Source: Ranitomeya imitator
Taxonomy: Eukaryota
Reading direction: 5' to 3'
DNA: 64,000 nucleotides
NCBI RefSeq assembly: GCF_032444005.1
Contig: NC_091282.1
Span: 659,680,001-659,744,000 of the forward strand
Shown here: one piece after another, positions 46,201-58,200 of the stretch
Layout of the letters: every line of letters starts with the position of its first letter
How positions within the stretch are numbered: position 1 is the stretch's first letter
Notes under the pieces: generated by a model
The model's input: the letters and a program-made list of their open reading frames with translations, nothing else
Told to the model about the DNA's origin: nothing
Database searches by the model: none
Program-made: the position numbers and the translations under genes

Positions 46201-49200
46201 TATAATTCCAATAAAAATTATTTGAAAAAAAAAACCCACTGTATTAAATAGTTTATTAAATATATTTGAAGATTAAAAAATGGAGAAACTGACAAAATAG
46301 TCCACAATAAATATCACATTACACAAAAAACATCATATAGGGTGCAGATCAAATAAACATACTAGACAATAATCCCCAAAGAGACAGACCTATTGGTCAA
46401 ATGCATATGTCATAAGTGGTCTAACACAAGACCAAATAAAGTACAGAAAAAGTCTCTAAGTCAATATCAGTACCAGTGTAGAGATGATCCGTCGTTCCCC
46501 TGGACTCCAGCTCCAACATACGTTTCGCCACCGTGGCTTTTTCAAGGAGTCCTTACTTTATTTGGTCTTGTGTTAGACCACTTATGACTTATGCATTTGA
46601 CCAATAGGTCTGTTTCTTTGGGGATTATTGTCTAGTATGTTTATTTGATCTGCACACTATTTGATGTTTTTTATGTACTGTGATATTTATTGTGGACTAT
46701 TTTGTCAGTTTCTCCATTTTTTAATCTTCAAATATATTTAATAAACTATTTAATACAGTGTTTTTTGATACTTTGGTACTGTGTCCAATTTTGAGAGGTT
46801 TTTGATATAGTTGTAGGACATTTTGCAATAGTGTGAGCTTCTCTCACGTGGTTGTGTATTGAGCTGCTATTAACCCTGTGTGACCAACTTTTTACTATTG
46901 ATGCTGCCTATGCAGCATCAATAGTAAAAAGATCTAATGTTAAAAATAATAAAAAAAAAAAAAAATCATTATATTCTCACCTTCCAGTGCCTTTCCCGCT
47001 CCTCGCGACGCTCCGATCCCAAGAATGCATTGCGGCAATGACCGGACATGATGTAGCGGTCTCGCGAGATGATGACGTAGCGGTCTCGCGTATTCTTGGG
47101 ACCGGAGCGTCGCGAGAAGCATCGCTAAACACCTGGGCTGGATCCGGGGGCCGCTGGAAGGTGAGTATATAACAATTTTTTATTTTAAGTCTTTTTTTAA
47201 CAGGGATATGGTGCCCACATTGCTATATACTACATGGGCTGTGTTATATACTATGTGGGCTCTGTTATATACTGCATGGGCTGTATTATATACTGCGTGG
47301 CCTGTGTTATATACTACGTCTCTGTGCTATATACTACGTGGCTGTGCAATATACTAAGACAGGCAATTAACAGTAAATAGAAAGCATTTGCACTACTAAA
47401 GCAGGATGGCACCATTGAAGCTCTAAAAAACTATTCACGGTGGAAAATGAAATGCTAGGTGTAATCCCAAGAAACAATGAAAACCCTATATTAAGGGTCA
47501 CCAATCTAACCCAAGAAGAGGTGCGAAACCGGCTAAATAAGATTAAAATAGATAAATCTCCGGGTCCGGATGGCATACACCCACGAGTACTAAGAGAACT
47601 AAGTAATGTAATAGATAAACCATTATTTCTTATTTTTAGGGACTCTATAGCGACAGGGTCTGTTCCGCAGGACTGGCGCATAGCAAATGTGGTGCCAATA
47701 TTCAAAAAGGGCTCTAAAAGTGAACCTGGAAATTATAGGCCAGTAAGTCTAACCTCTATTGTTGGTAAAATATTTGAAGGGTTTCTGAGGGATGTTATTC
47801 TGGATTATCTCAATGAGAATAACTGTTTAACTCCATATCAGCATGGGTTTATGAGAAATCGCTCCTGTCAAACCAATCTAATCAGTTTTTATGAAGAGGT
47901 AAGCTATAGGCTGGACCACGGTGAGTCATTGGATGTGGTATATCTCGATTTTTCCAAAGCGTTTGATACTGTGCCGCACAAGAGGTTGGTACACAAAATG
48001 AGAATGCTTGGTCTGGGGGAAAATGTGTGTAAATGGGTTAGTAACTGGCTTAGTGATAGAAAGCAGAGGGTGGTTATAAATGGTATAGTCTCTAACTGGG
48101 TCGCTGTGACCAGTGGGGTACCGCAGGGGTCGGTATTGGGACCTGTTCTCTTCAACATATTCATTAATGATCTGGTAGAAGGTTTACACAGTAAAATATC
48201 GATATTTGCAGATGATACAAAACTATGTAAAGCAGTTAATACAAGAGAAGATAGTCTTCTGCTACAGATGGATCTGGATAAGTTGGAAACTTGGGCTGAA
48301 AGGTGGCAGATGAGGTTTAACAATGATAAATGTAAGGTTATACACATGGGAAGAAGGAATCAATATCACCATTACACACTGAATGGGAAACCACTGGGTA
48401 AATCTGACAGGGAGAAGGACTTGGGGATCCTAGTTAATGATAAACTTACCTGGAGCAGCCAGTGCCAGACAGCAGCTGCCAAGGCAAACAGGATCATGGG
48501 GTGCATTAAAAGAGGTCTGGATACACATGATGAGAGCATTATACTGCCTCTGTACAAATCCCTAGTTAGACCGCACATGGAGTACTGTGTCCAGTTTTGG
48601 GCACCGGTGCTCAGGAAGGATATAATGGAACTAGAGAGAGTACAAAGGAGGGCAACAAAATTAATAAAGGGGATGGGAGAACTACAATACCCAGATAGAT
48701 TAGCGAAATTAGGATTATTTAGTCTAGAAAAAAGACGACTGAGGGGCGATCTAATAACCATGTATGAGTATATAAGGGGACAATACAAATATCTCGCTGA
48801 GGATCTGTTTATACCAAGGAAGGTGACGGGCACAAGGGGGCATTCTTTGCGTCTGGAGGAGAGAAGGTTTTTCCACCAACATAGAAGAGGATTCTTTACT
48901 GTTAGGGCGGTGAGAATCTGGAATTGCTTGCCTGAGGAGGTGGTGATGGCGAACTCAGTCGAGGGGTTCAAGAGAGGCCTGGATGTCTTCCTGGAGCAGA
49001 ACAATATTGTATCATACAATTATTAGGTTCTGTAGAAGGACGTAGATCTGGGGATTTATTATGATGGAATATAGGCTGAACTGGATGGACAAATGTCTTT
49101 TTTCGGCCTTACTAACTATGTTACTATGTGGCTGTGTTATATACTGCATTGTTATGATGCGGTGGTCTAGGAGCAACATGGAACGAGCTCTGAAGGAAGT

Positions 49201-52200
49201 GGTAACTGTACTGACCGCAGTCTCTAAGCTCTACACAACATTAGAAGTAGCCGTGGAATGCTCCTAACTCTCCCTAGGCATCTCGTCACAGCCTAAGAGC
49301 TAACTACCCCTAAAGACAGAAGCAGGAAAACTATCTTGCCTCAGAGAAAATCCCCAAAGGATAGATTAGCCCCCCACAAATAATGACTGTGAGTGGAGAG
49401 GAAAAAGACATACACAGAATTAAACCAGGATGAGCACAGGAGGCCAGTCTAGCTTGATAGATAGGACAGGATGGCATACTGTGCGGTCAGTAAAAAACAC
49501 TACAAAAATCCACGCAGAGTTTACAAAAAAATCTCCACACCTTAATAAAGGTGTGGAGGGTAAATCTGCTTCCCAGAGCTTCCAGCAAGACAGAATTTAT
49601 TCATACTGATAACGCTGGACAAACATAGAAAGCACTGAACGGATAAGTCCACAATCTGTGAACAGAAAAGCGCAAGCAAAAACTTAGCTTTGCTGAACTG
49701 GTCAGGAAAACAGGGAAATCCAAAGAGATGTGAATCCAACCAGGAACCATTTACAAGTGGCACTGGCTGAAGGAACAGCCAGGCCTAAATAGCCGAGCAG
49801 AAGAGACGATAAGTGGAGGCAGCTGATGACAGCTAACTCCAAGGAGCAGCCATACCACTCGAAACCACAAGACGGAGCCCAAGAGCAGAACTCACAAAAG
49901 TGCCACTTACAACCACCGGAGGGAGCCCAAGAGCGGAATTCACAACACTGCATGGCCTGTGTTATATACTGCGTGGCTTGTGTTATATACTACGTCTCTG
50001 TACTATATACTACATAGGCTATGTTATATACTACGTGGGCTGTGTTATATACTACGTGGCTGTGCTATATACTACGTGGCTGTGTTATATACTACGTGGC
50101 CTGTTATTATATACTACTCTGTACTATATACTACGTGGCTGTGCTATATACTACGTGGGCTGTGCTATATACTACGTGGTTGTGCTATATACTACGTGGG
50201 CTGTGCTATATACTACGTGGGCTGTGTTATATGCTACGTGGCTGGGCAATATACTACGTGGTTGTGCTATATACTATGTGGCTGGGCAATATATTACGTG
50301 GCCTGTGTTATATACTATGTGGCTGTGCTATATACTACGTGGCTGTGCAATATAATACGTGGCTGTGCTATATACTACGTGGCCTGTGTTATATACCAAG
50401 TGGGCTGTGTTATATACTACGTAGGCTGTGTTATATACTGCATGGGCTGTGCTGTATACTAGTATACATATTCTAGAATACCCAATGCGTTAGAATCGGA
50501 CCACCATCTAGTAGTAGTTATATTCTTGTACATAGGGGCAGTATTATAGTAGTTATATTCTTGTACAAAGGAGCAGTATTATAGTAGTTATATTCTTGTA
50601 TATAGGGGCAGTATTATAGTAGTTATATTCTTGTACATAGGGGGCAGTGATTATAGTAGTTACTAGATGGTGGCCCGATTCTAACGCATCGGGTATTCTA
50701 GAATATGTATGTATGTATGTGTATAGCAGCCACATAGTATATAGCACAGGCCACGTAGAATATAGGAGCCATGTAGTATATAGCAGACAAATACTACGTG
50801 GCCTGTGCTATATACTATGTGGCTGCTATATACATACATACATACATATTGTAGAATACCCGATGCGTTAATACTGGCCACGCAATATATAACAGTGGCC
50901 ACGCAGTATTTAACACAGCCCAAACAGTATGTAACACAGCCCACGCATTATATAGCAGGCTCGCAGTATATAACACAGGCTATGTAGTATATAACACAGA
51001 CCATGCAGTATATAACACTGGCCACGTAATATATAGCACAGCCCATGCAGTACATAACACAGCCCACATAGTATCTAACACTGGCCACGTAGTATATAGC
51101 AGCCACGCGGTATATAACGCAGCCCACTCGGTATATAACACTGCCCACGTAGTATATAGCAGTGTGGGCACATATCCCTGTTAGAAAAAAATAATTAAAA
51201 TAAAAAATACTTATATACTCACCCGCCAGGATCCAGCGAAGCTCTGGCGATGCGCGGCTGCTGCCATCTTCCGTTCCCAGGATGCATTGCGAAATGACAC
51301 AGATGACGTAGCGGGTCATTATAGTAGTTATAATCTTGTACATAGGGGCAGTATTATGCTAGTTATATTCTTGTACAAAGGCGCAGCATCATAGTAGTTA
51401 TATTCTTGTACATAGGAGCAGTATTATAGTAGTTATATTCTTGTACATAGAAGCAGTATTATAGTAGTTATATTCTTGTACATAGAAGCAGTATTATAGT
51501 AGTTATATTCTTGTACATAGAAGCAGTATTATAGTAGTTATATTCTTGTACAAAGGGGCAGTATTATAGTAGTTATATTCTTGTTCATAGCAGTATAATA
51601 GTAGTTATATTCTTGTACATGGGGCAGTATTATAGTAGTTATATTCTTGTACATAGGGGGCAGTATTATAGTAGTTATATTATTGTACATAGGAGCAGTA
51701 TTATAGTAGTTTTATTCTTGTACATAGGAGCAGTATTATAATAGTTATATTCTTGTACATAGGAGCAGTATTATAGTAGTTATATTCTTGTACATAGGGG
51801 CAGTATTATAGTAGTTATATTCTTGTACAAAGGGGTAGTATTATAGTAGTTATATTCTTGTACATAGGGGGCAGTACTATAGTAGTTATATTCTTGTACA
51901 TAGAGGCAGTATTATAGTAGTTATATTGTGTACTTTGGAGCAGTATTATAGTATTTATATTGTTGTACATAGTAGCAGTATTATGGTAATTATATTCTTA
52001 TACATAGGAGCAGTATTATAGTAGTTATATTCTTGTACATAGGGGCAGTATTATAGTAGTTATATTCTTGTACATAGGAGCAGTATTATAGTAGTTATAT
52101 TCTTGTACATAGGGGCAGTATTATAGTAGTTATATGCTTGTACATAGGGGCAGTATTATAGTAGTTATATTCTTGCACATAGGGGCAGTATTATAGTAGT

Positions 52201-55200
52201 TATATATTCAGGTACCCGCTTATATTACATAGTCCGTTCCTCCTCTATATGATTCAGTACACACGTGGCTGCAGGCTGTAATCCTTATCTCCTCCTTTCC
52301 TGTCATGTACAGTTAGGTCCATATATATTTGGACAGAGACAACATTTTTCTAATTTTGGTTATAGACATTACCACAATGAATTTTAACCCCTTAGTGACA
52401 GAGCCAATTTGGTACTTAATGACCAGGCCAATTTTTGCAATTCTGACCACTGTCACTTTATGAGGTTATAACTCTGGAACGCTTCAACAGATCCCGCTGA
52501 TTCTGAGATTGTTTTTTCGTGACATATTGTACTTCATGTTAGTGGTAACATTTCTTCGATATTACTTGCGATTATTTATGAAAAAAACGGAAATATGGTG
52601 AAAATTTTTAAAATTTTGCAATTTTCAAACTTTGTATTTTTATGCCCTTAAATCAGAGAGATATGTCATAAAAAATAGTTAATAAATAACATTTCCCACA
52701 TGTCTACTTTACATCAGCACAATTTTGGAAACAAAATTTTTTTTTGTTAGGGAGTTATAAGGGTTAAAAGTTGACCAGCAATTTCTCATTTTTACAACAC
52801 CATTTTTTTTTAGGGACCACATCACATTTGAAGTCATTTTGAGGGGTCTATATGATAGAAAATAATGAAGTGTGACACCATTCTAAAAACTACACCCCTC
52901 AAGGTTCTCAAAACCACATTCAAGAAGTTTATTAACCCTTTACGTGCTTCACAGGAACTGAAACAATGTGGAAGGAAAAAATGAACATTTAACTTTTTTT
53001 TGCAAACATCTTAATTCAGAACCATTTTTTTTATTTTCACAAGTGTAAAAACAGAAATGTAACCATAAATTGTGTTATGCAATTTCTCCTGAATACGCCA
53101 ATACCCCACATGTGGGGGTAAACCACTGTTAGGGCGCACCGCAGAACTTAGAAGTGAAGGAGCGCCGTTTGACTTTTTCAATGCAGAATTGGCTGGAATT
53201 GAGATCGGACACCATGTCACATTTAGAGAGCCCCTGATGTACCTAAACAGTGGAAACTCCCCACAAGTGACACCATTTTGGAAACTAGACCCCTTAAGGA
53301 ACTTATCTAGATGTGTGGTGAGCACTTTGAACCCCCAAGTGCTTCACAGAAGTTTATAACGTAGAGCCGTGAAAATAAAAAATCGCTTTTGTTTACACAA
53401 AAATGATCTTTTTGCCCACAAATTCTTATTTTCACAAGGGTAACAGGAGAAATTAGACCACAAAAGTTGTTGTGCAATTTCTCCTGAGTACGCTGATACC
53501 CAATATGTGGGGGTAAACAACTGTTAGGGCGCACCGCAGAGCTTGGAAGAGAAGGAGTGCCGTTTTACTTTTTCAATGTAGAATTGGCTGGAATTGAGAT
53601 TGGACGCCATGTCGCGTTTGGAGAGCCCCTGATGTGCCTAAACAGTGGAAACCCCCCACAAGTGACACCATTTTGGAAACTAGACCCCTTAAGGAACTTA
53701 TCTAGATGTGTGGCGAGCACTTTGAACCCCCATGTGCTTCACAGAAGTTTATAACGTAGAGCCGTGAAAAAAAAAATTGCATTTTTTCTACAAAAATTAT
53801 CTTTTTGCCCACAAATTTTTATTTTCACAAGGGTAACAGGAGAAATTAGACCACAAAAGTTGTTGTGCAATTTCTCCTGAGTACGTCGATACCCAATATG
53901 TGGGGGTAAACCACTGTTTGGGCGCACCGCAGAGCTTGGAAGAGAAAGAGTGCCGTTTTACTTTTTCAATGTAGAATTGGCTGGAATTGAGATCGGACGC
54001 CATGTCGCGTTTGGAGAGCCCCTGATGTGCCTAAACAGTAGAAATCCCCCACAAGTGACCCCATTTTGGAAACTAGACCCCCCATGGAACTTATCTAGAT
54101 GTGTGGTGAGAACCTTGAATGCCCAAGTGCTTCACAGAAGTTTATAATGCAGAGCCGTGAAAATAAAAAATATTTTTTTTTTCCACAAAAAAGATTTTTT
54201 AGCCACCAAATTTTTATTTTCACAAGGGTAACAAGAGAAACTGGACCCCAAAAGTTGTTGTCCAATTTGTCCTGAGTATGCTGGTACCCCATATGTGGGG
54301 GTAAACCACTGTTTGGGCGCACGGCAGAGCTCGGAAGGAAGGAGCGCCGTTTTGGAATGCAGACTTTGATAGAATGGTCTGCGGGTATTATGTTGCGTTT
54401 GCAGAGCCCCTGATGTACCTAACCAGTAGAAACCCTCCACAAGTGACCCCATTTTGGAAACTAGACCCCCCAAGGAACTTATCTAGATGTGTGGTGAGAA
54501 CTTTGAATGCCCAAGTGCTTCACAGAAGTTTAGAATGCAGAGTCGTGAAAATAAAAAATATTTTTTTTTCCACAAAAAAGATATTGTAGCCCCCAAGTTT
54601 TTATTTTCACAAGGGTAACAGGAGAAATTGGACTGCAATAGTTGTTGTCCAATTTATCCCGAGTACGCTGATGCGCCATATGTGGCGGTAAACCACTGTT
54701 TGGGCGCACGGCAGAGCTCGGAAGGGAAGGAGCGCCTTTTTGGAATGCAGACTTTGATAGAATGGTCTGTGGGCATTATGTTGCGATTGCAGAGCCCCTG
54801 ATGTACCTAAACTGTAGTAACCCCCCACAAGTGACCCCATTTTGGAAACTAGACCCCCCAAGGAACTTATCTAGATGTGTGGTGAGAACTTTGAATGCCC
54901 AAGTGCTTCACAGAAGTTTAGAATGCAGAGTCGTGAAAATAAAAAATATTTTTTTTTTCACAAAAAAGATTTTGTAGCCCCCAAGTTTTTATTTTCACAA
55001 GGGTAACAAGAGAAATTGGACCCCAGAAGTTGTTGTCCAATTTATCCCGAGTACGCTGATGCCCCATATGTGGGGGTAACCCACTGTTTGGGCGCACGGC
55101 AGAGCTCAGAAGGGAGGGAGCACCATTTGACTTTTTGAGCGCAAAATTGGCTGTCGTGTTTGGAGACCCCCTGATGTACCTAAACAGTGGAAACCCCCCA

Positions 55201-58200
55201 ATTCTAGCTCCAACCCTAACCCCAACACACCCCTAACCCTAATCCCAACCTCATCCATAATCCTAATCACTAACCCTAACCATAATCACAACCCTTACCC
55301 CAAAACAACCCTAATGTCAACCCTAACCATAACCCTAATCAAAACCCTAAATCCAACACACCCCTAATCCTAATCTCAACCCTAACCTCAAACCTAACCC
55401 TAATCCCAATACACCCCTAATCACAACCCTAACCTTAACCCTAATCCCAAACCTAACCCTAATCCCAAGCGTAACCCTAATGCCAACCCTAACCCTAATA
55501 CGAACCCTAATCCAAACCCTAACCCTAATCCCAGCTCTAACCCTAACTTTAGCCCCAACCCTAGCCCTAACTTTAGCCCCAACCCTAACCCTAGCCCTAG
55601 GGCTACTTTCACACTTGCGTCGTTTGGCATTCCGTCGCAATCCGTCGTTTTGGACAAGAAACGGATCCTGCAAATGTGCCCGCAGGATGCGTTTTTTGCC
55701 CATAGACTTGTATTGCCGATGGATCGTGACGGATGGCCACACGTCGCGTCCGTCGTGCACTGGATCAGTTGTGTTTTGGCGGAGCGTCGGCACAAAAAAA
55801 CGTTCAATGAAACGTTTTTTTGTACGTCGCATCCGCCATTTCTGACCGCGCATGCGTGGCCGTAACTCCGCCCCCTCCTCCCCAGGACATAGATTGGGCA
55901 GCGGATGTGTTGAAAAACTACAGCTGCTGCCCACGTTGTGCACAATTTTCACAACGTGCGTCGGTATGTCGGGCCGACGTATTGCGACGGCCCCGTACCG
56001 ACGTAAGTGTGAAAGAAGCCTAACCCTAAATTTAGCCCCAACCCTAACCCTAAATTTAGCCCCAACCCTAACCCTAAATTTAGCCCCAACCTTANNNNNN
56101 NNNNNNNNNNNNNNNNNNNNNNNNNNNNNNNNNNNNNNNNNNNNNNNNNNNNNNNNNNNNNNNNNNNNNNNNNNNNNNNNNNNNNNNNNNNNNNNNNNNN
56201 NNNNNNNNNNNNNNNNNNNNNNNNNNNNNNNNNNNNNNNNNNNNNNNNNNNNNNNNNNNNNGCTGTTCTCCTGCCGGCCGGCAGATGGAGACAGATGGCG
56301 GGCGCACTGGGCATGCGTCCGCCATGTTCTGCTGCCGGCGGCCAGGAGGAGCAGCAAGAGGATCCAGGGACCTAGGTGAGTATGCTAGGGTCCCCGAATC
56401 CCCCTATTTCTCTGTCCTCTGATGTGCGATCACATCAGAGGACAGAGAATTACACTTTACTTTTTTTTTTTTTTGCGGTCGCCGGTAAACAGTTAATTAC
56501 CGGCGATCGCAAAACAGGGGTCGGTAATACCGACCCCGATCGTGCTCTTTGGGGTCTCGGCTACCCCCGGCAGCCGAGACCCCAAAGATTCTCCCGGTGC
56601 CGGCCGGCGGGCGCACTGCGCATGCGCCCGCCATTTTGAAGATGGCGGCACCCACCGGGAGACACGAGGAGCATCGGGGGAGCTAGGTGAGTATTGGGGG
56701 GCCACCTGGGACCCCTTTTCTCTGTCCTCCGATGTGCGATCACATCGGAGGACAGAGAAATTAAAAAGAGATCGCTTTTTTTTTTTTTGCGATCGCCGGT
56801 AAACGGTTAATTACCGGCGATCGCAAATGCGGGGTGGGTTAAAAACCCCCCAAATCATGTTCTCTGGGGTCTCGGCTACCCTCGGCAGCCGAGACCCCGG
56901 AGAAAATCGGCCTCTGGGGGGCGCTATGGACTTTTTCCACAGCGCCGTTAATTAACGGCGCTGTGGTTTAAGTACCCTTAGCGGCCGCCGTTAAAAGGCG
57001 TATCGGCGGTCGCTAAGGGGTTAAACAAAACAATTCAGATGCAGTTGAAGTTCAGACTTTCAGCTTTCATTTGAGGGTATCCAGATTAAAACTGGATGAA
57101 GGGTTTAGGAGTTTACGCTCCTTAACATGTGCAACCCTGCTTTTAAAGAGACCAAAAGTAATTGGACAAGTGACTCCAAGGCTATTTCATGGACAGGTGT
57201 GGGCAATCCCTTTGTTATGTCATTCTCAATTAAGCAGATAAAATGCCTGGAGTTGATTTGAGGTGTGGTGCTTGCATTTGGAAGGTTTTGCTGTGAAGTA
57301 AACATGCGGTCAAAGGAGCTCTCCATGCAGGTGAAACAAGCCATCCTTAGGCTGCGAAAACAGAAAAAACCCATCCGAGAAATTGCTGCAATATTAGGAG
57401 TGGCAAAATCTACAGTTTGGTACATCCTGAGAAAGAAAGAAAGCACTGGTGAACTCATCAATGCAAAAAGACCTGGGAACCCACAGAAGACAACAGTGGT
57501 GGATGATCGCAGAATAATCTCCATGGTGAAGAGAAACCCCTTCACAACAGCCAACCAAGTGAACAACACTCTCCAGGAGGTAGGCCTATCAATATCCAAA
57601 TCTACCATAAAGAGAAGACTGCATGAAAGAAAATACAGAGGGTTCACTGCACGGTGCAAGCCACTCATAAGCATCAAGAATAGAAAGGCTAGACTGGACT
57701 TTGCTAAAAAACATCTAAAAAAGCCAGCACAGTTCTGGAAGAACATTCTTTGGACAGATGAAACCAAGATCAACCTCTACCAGAATGATGGAAAGAGAAA
57801 AGTATGGTGAAGGCGTGGTACAGCTCATGATCCAAAGCATACCACCTCATCTGTAATACACGGCGGAGGCAGTGTGATGGCTTGGGCATGCATGGCTGCC
57901 AGTGGCACTGGGTCACTAGTGTTTATTGATGATGTGACACAGGACAGAAGCAGCCGAATGAATTCTGAGGTATTCAGAGCCGCCATACTGTGCTCAGATC
58001 CAGCCAAATGCAGCCAAACTGATCGTCGTTTCATACTTCTGATGGACAATAACTCAAAACATAAAGCCAAAGCAACCCAGAGGTTTATTAAAGCAAAGAA
58101 GTGGAATATTCTTGAATGGCCAAGTCAGTCACCTGATCTCAACCCAATTGAGCATGCATTTCACTTGTTAAAGACTAAACTTCAGACAGAAAGGCCCACA

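Larger units (their letters stand above)
42490..46235 (+). mobile_element. ORF1-only L1-derived retrotransposon (HAL1-like)
   Basis: Starts GGGGCGTGGC; ends AATAAA (46210-15) plus A tract; TSD AAAAACCACTGTATTA / AAAACCCACTGTATTA; L1 ORF1 present; no ORF2 visible. Confidence 0.75.
42434..46862 (-). mobile_element. Penelope-like foldback element (about 670 bp net), split by an L1-type insertion
   Basis: 15-bp TSD GCTGCTATTAACCCT (42419-33, 46863-77); arms 42434-42489 plus 46247-46443 versus 46554-46806; hammerhead-like motif in the loop. Family assignment is inference. Confidence 0.65.
42130..50511 (+). mobile_element. Non-autonomous Helitron (about 1.4 kb net) carrying nested insertions
   Basis: Host GCAGTATTA^TAGTAGTT split at AT with no TSD; 5' TCTATATATA; 3' CTAG preceded by a degenerate hairpin; internal about 19-20-bp GCTGTGTTATATACTACGTG repeats. 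Confidence 0.8.
52388..57020. mobile_element. Non-autonomous piggyBac-like element, about 4.6 kb (contains N gap)
   Basis: TTAA TSD (52384-87, 57021-24); CCCCTTAG(T/C)GAC terminal inverted repeats; no transposase ORF visible. Confidence 0.82.

Noticed and set aside
50553-51343. Tyr-rich ORFs in the Helitron repeats (also 49826-50476)
   Set aside because: Translations of about 19-20-bp internal repeats; no Rep or helicase motifs.
55210-56094. True telomere or chromosome end
   Set aside because: Repeats are degenerate, internal to a TIR-bounded element, and ppox continues in frame beyond them.
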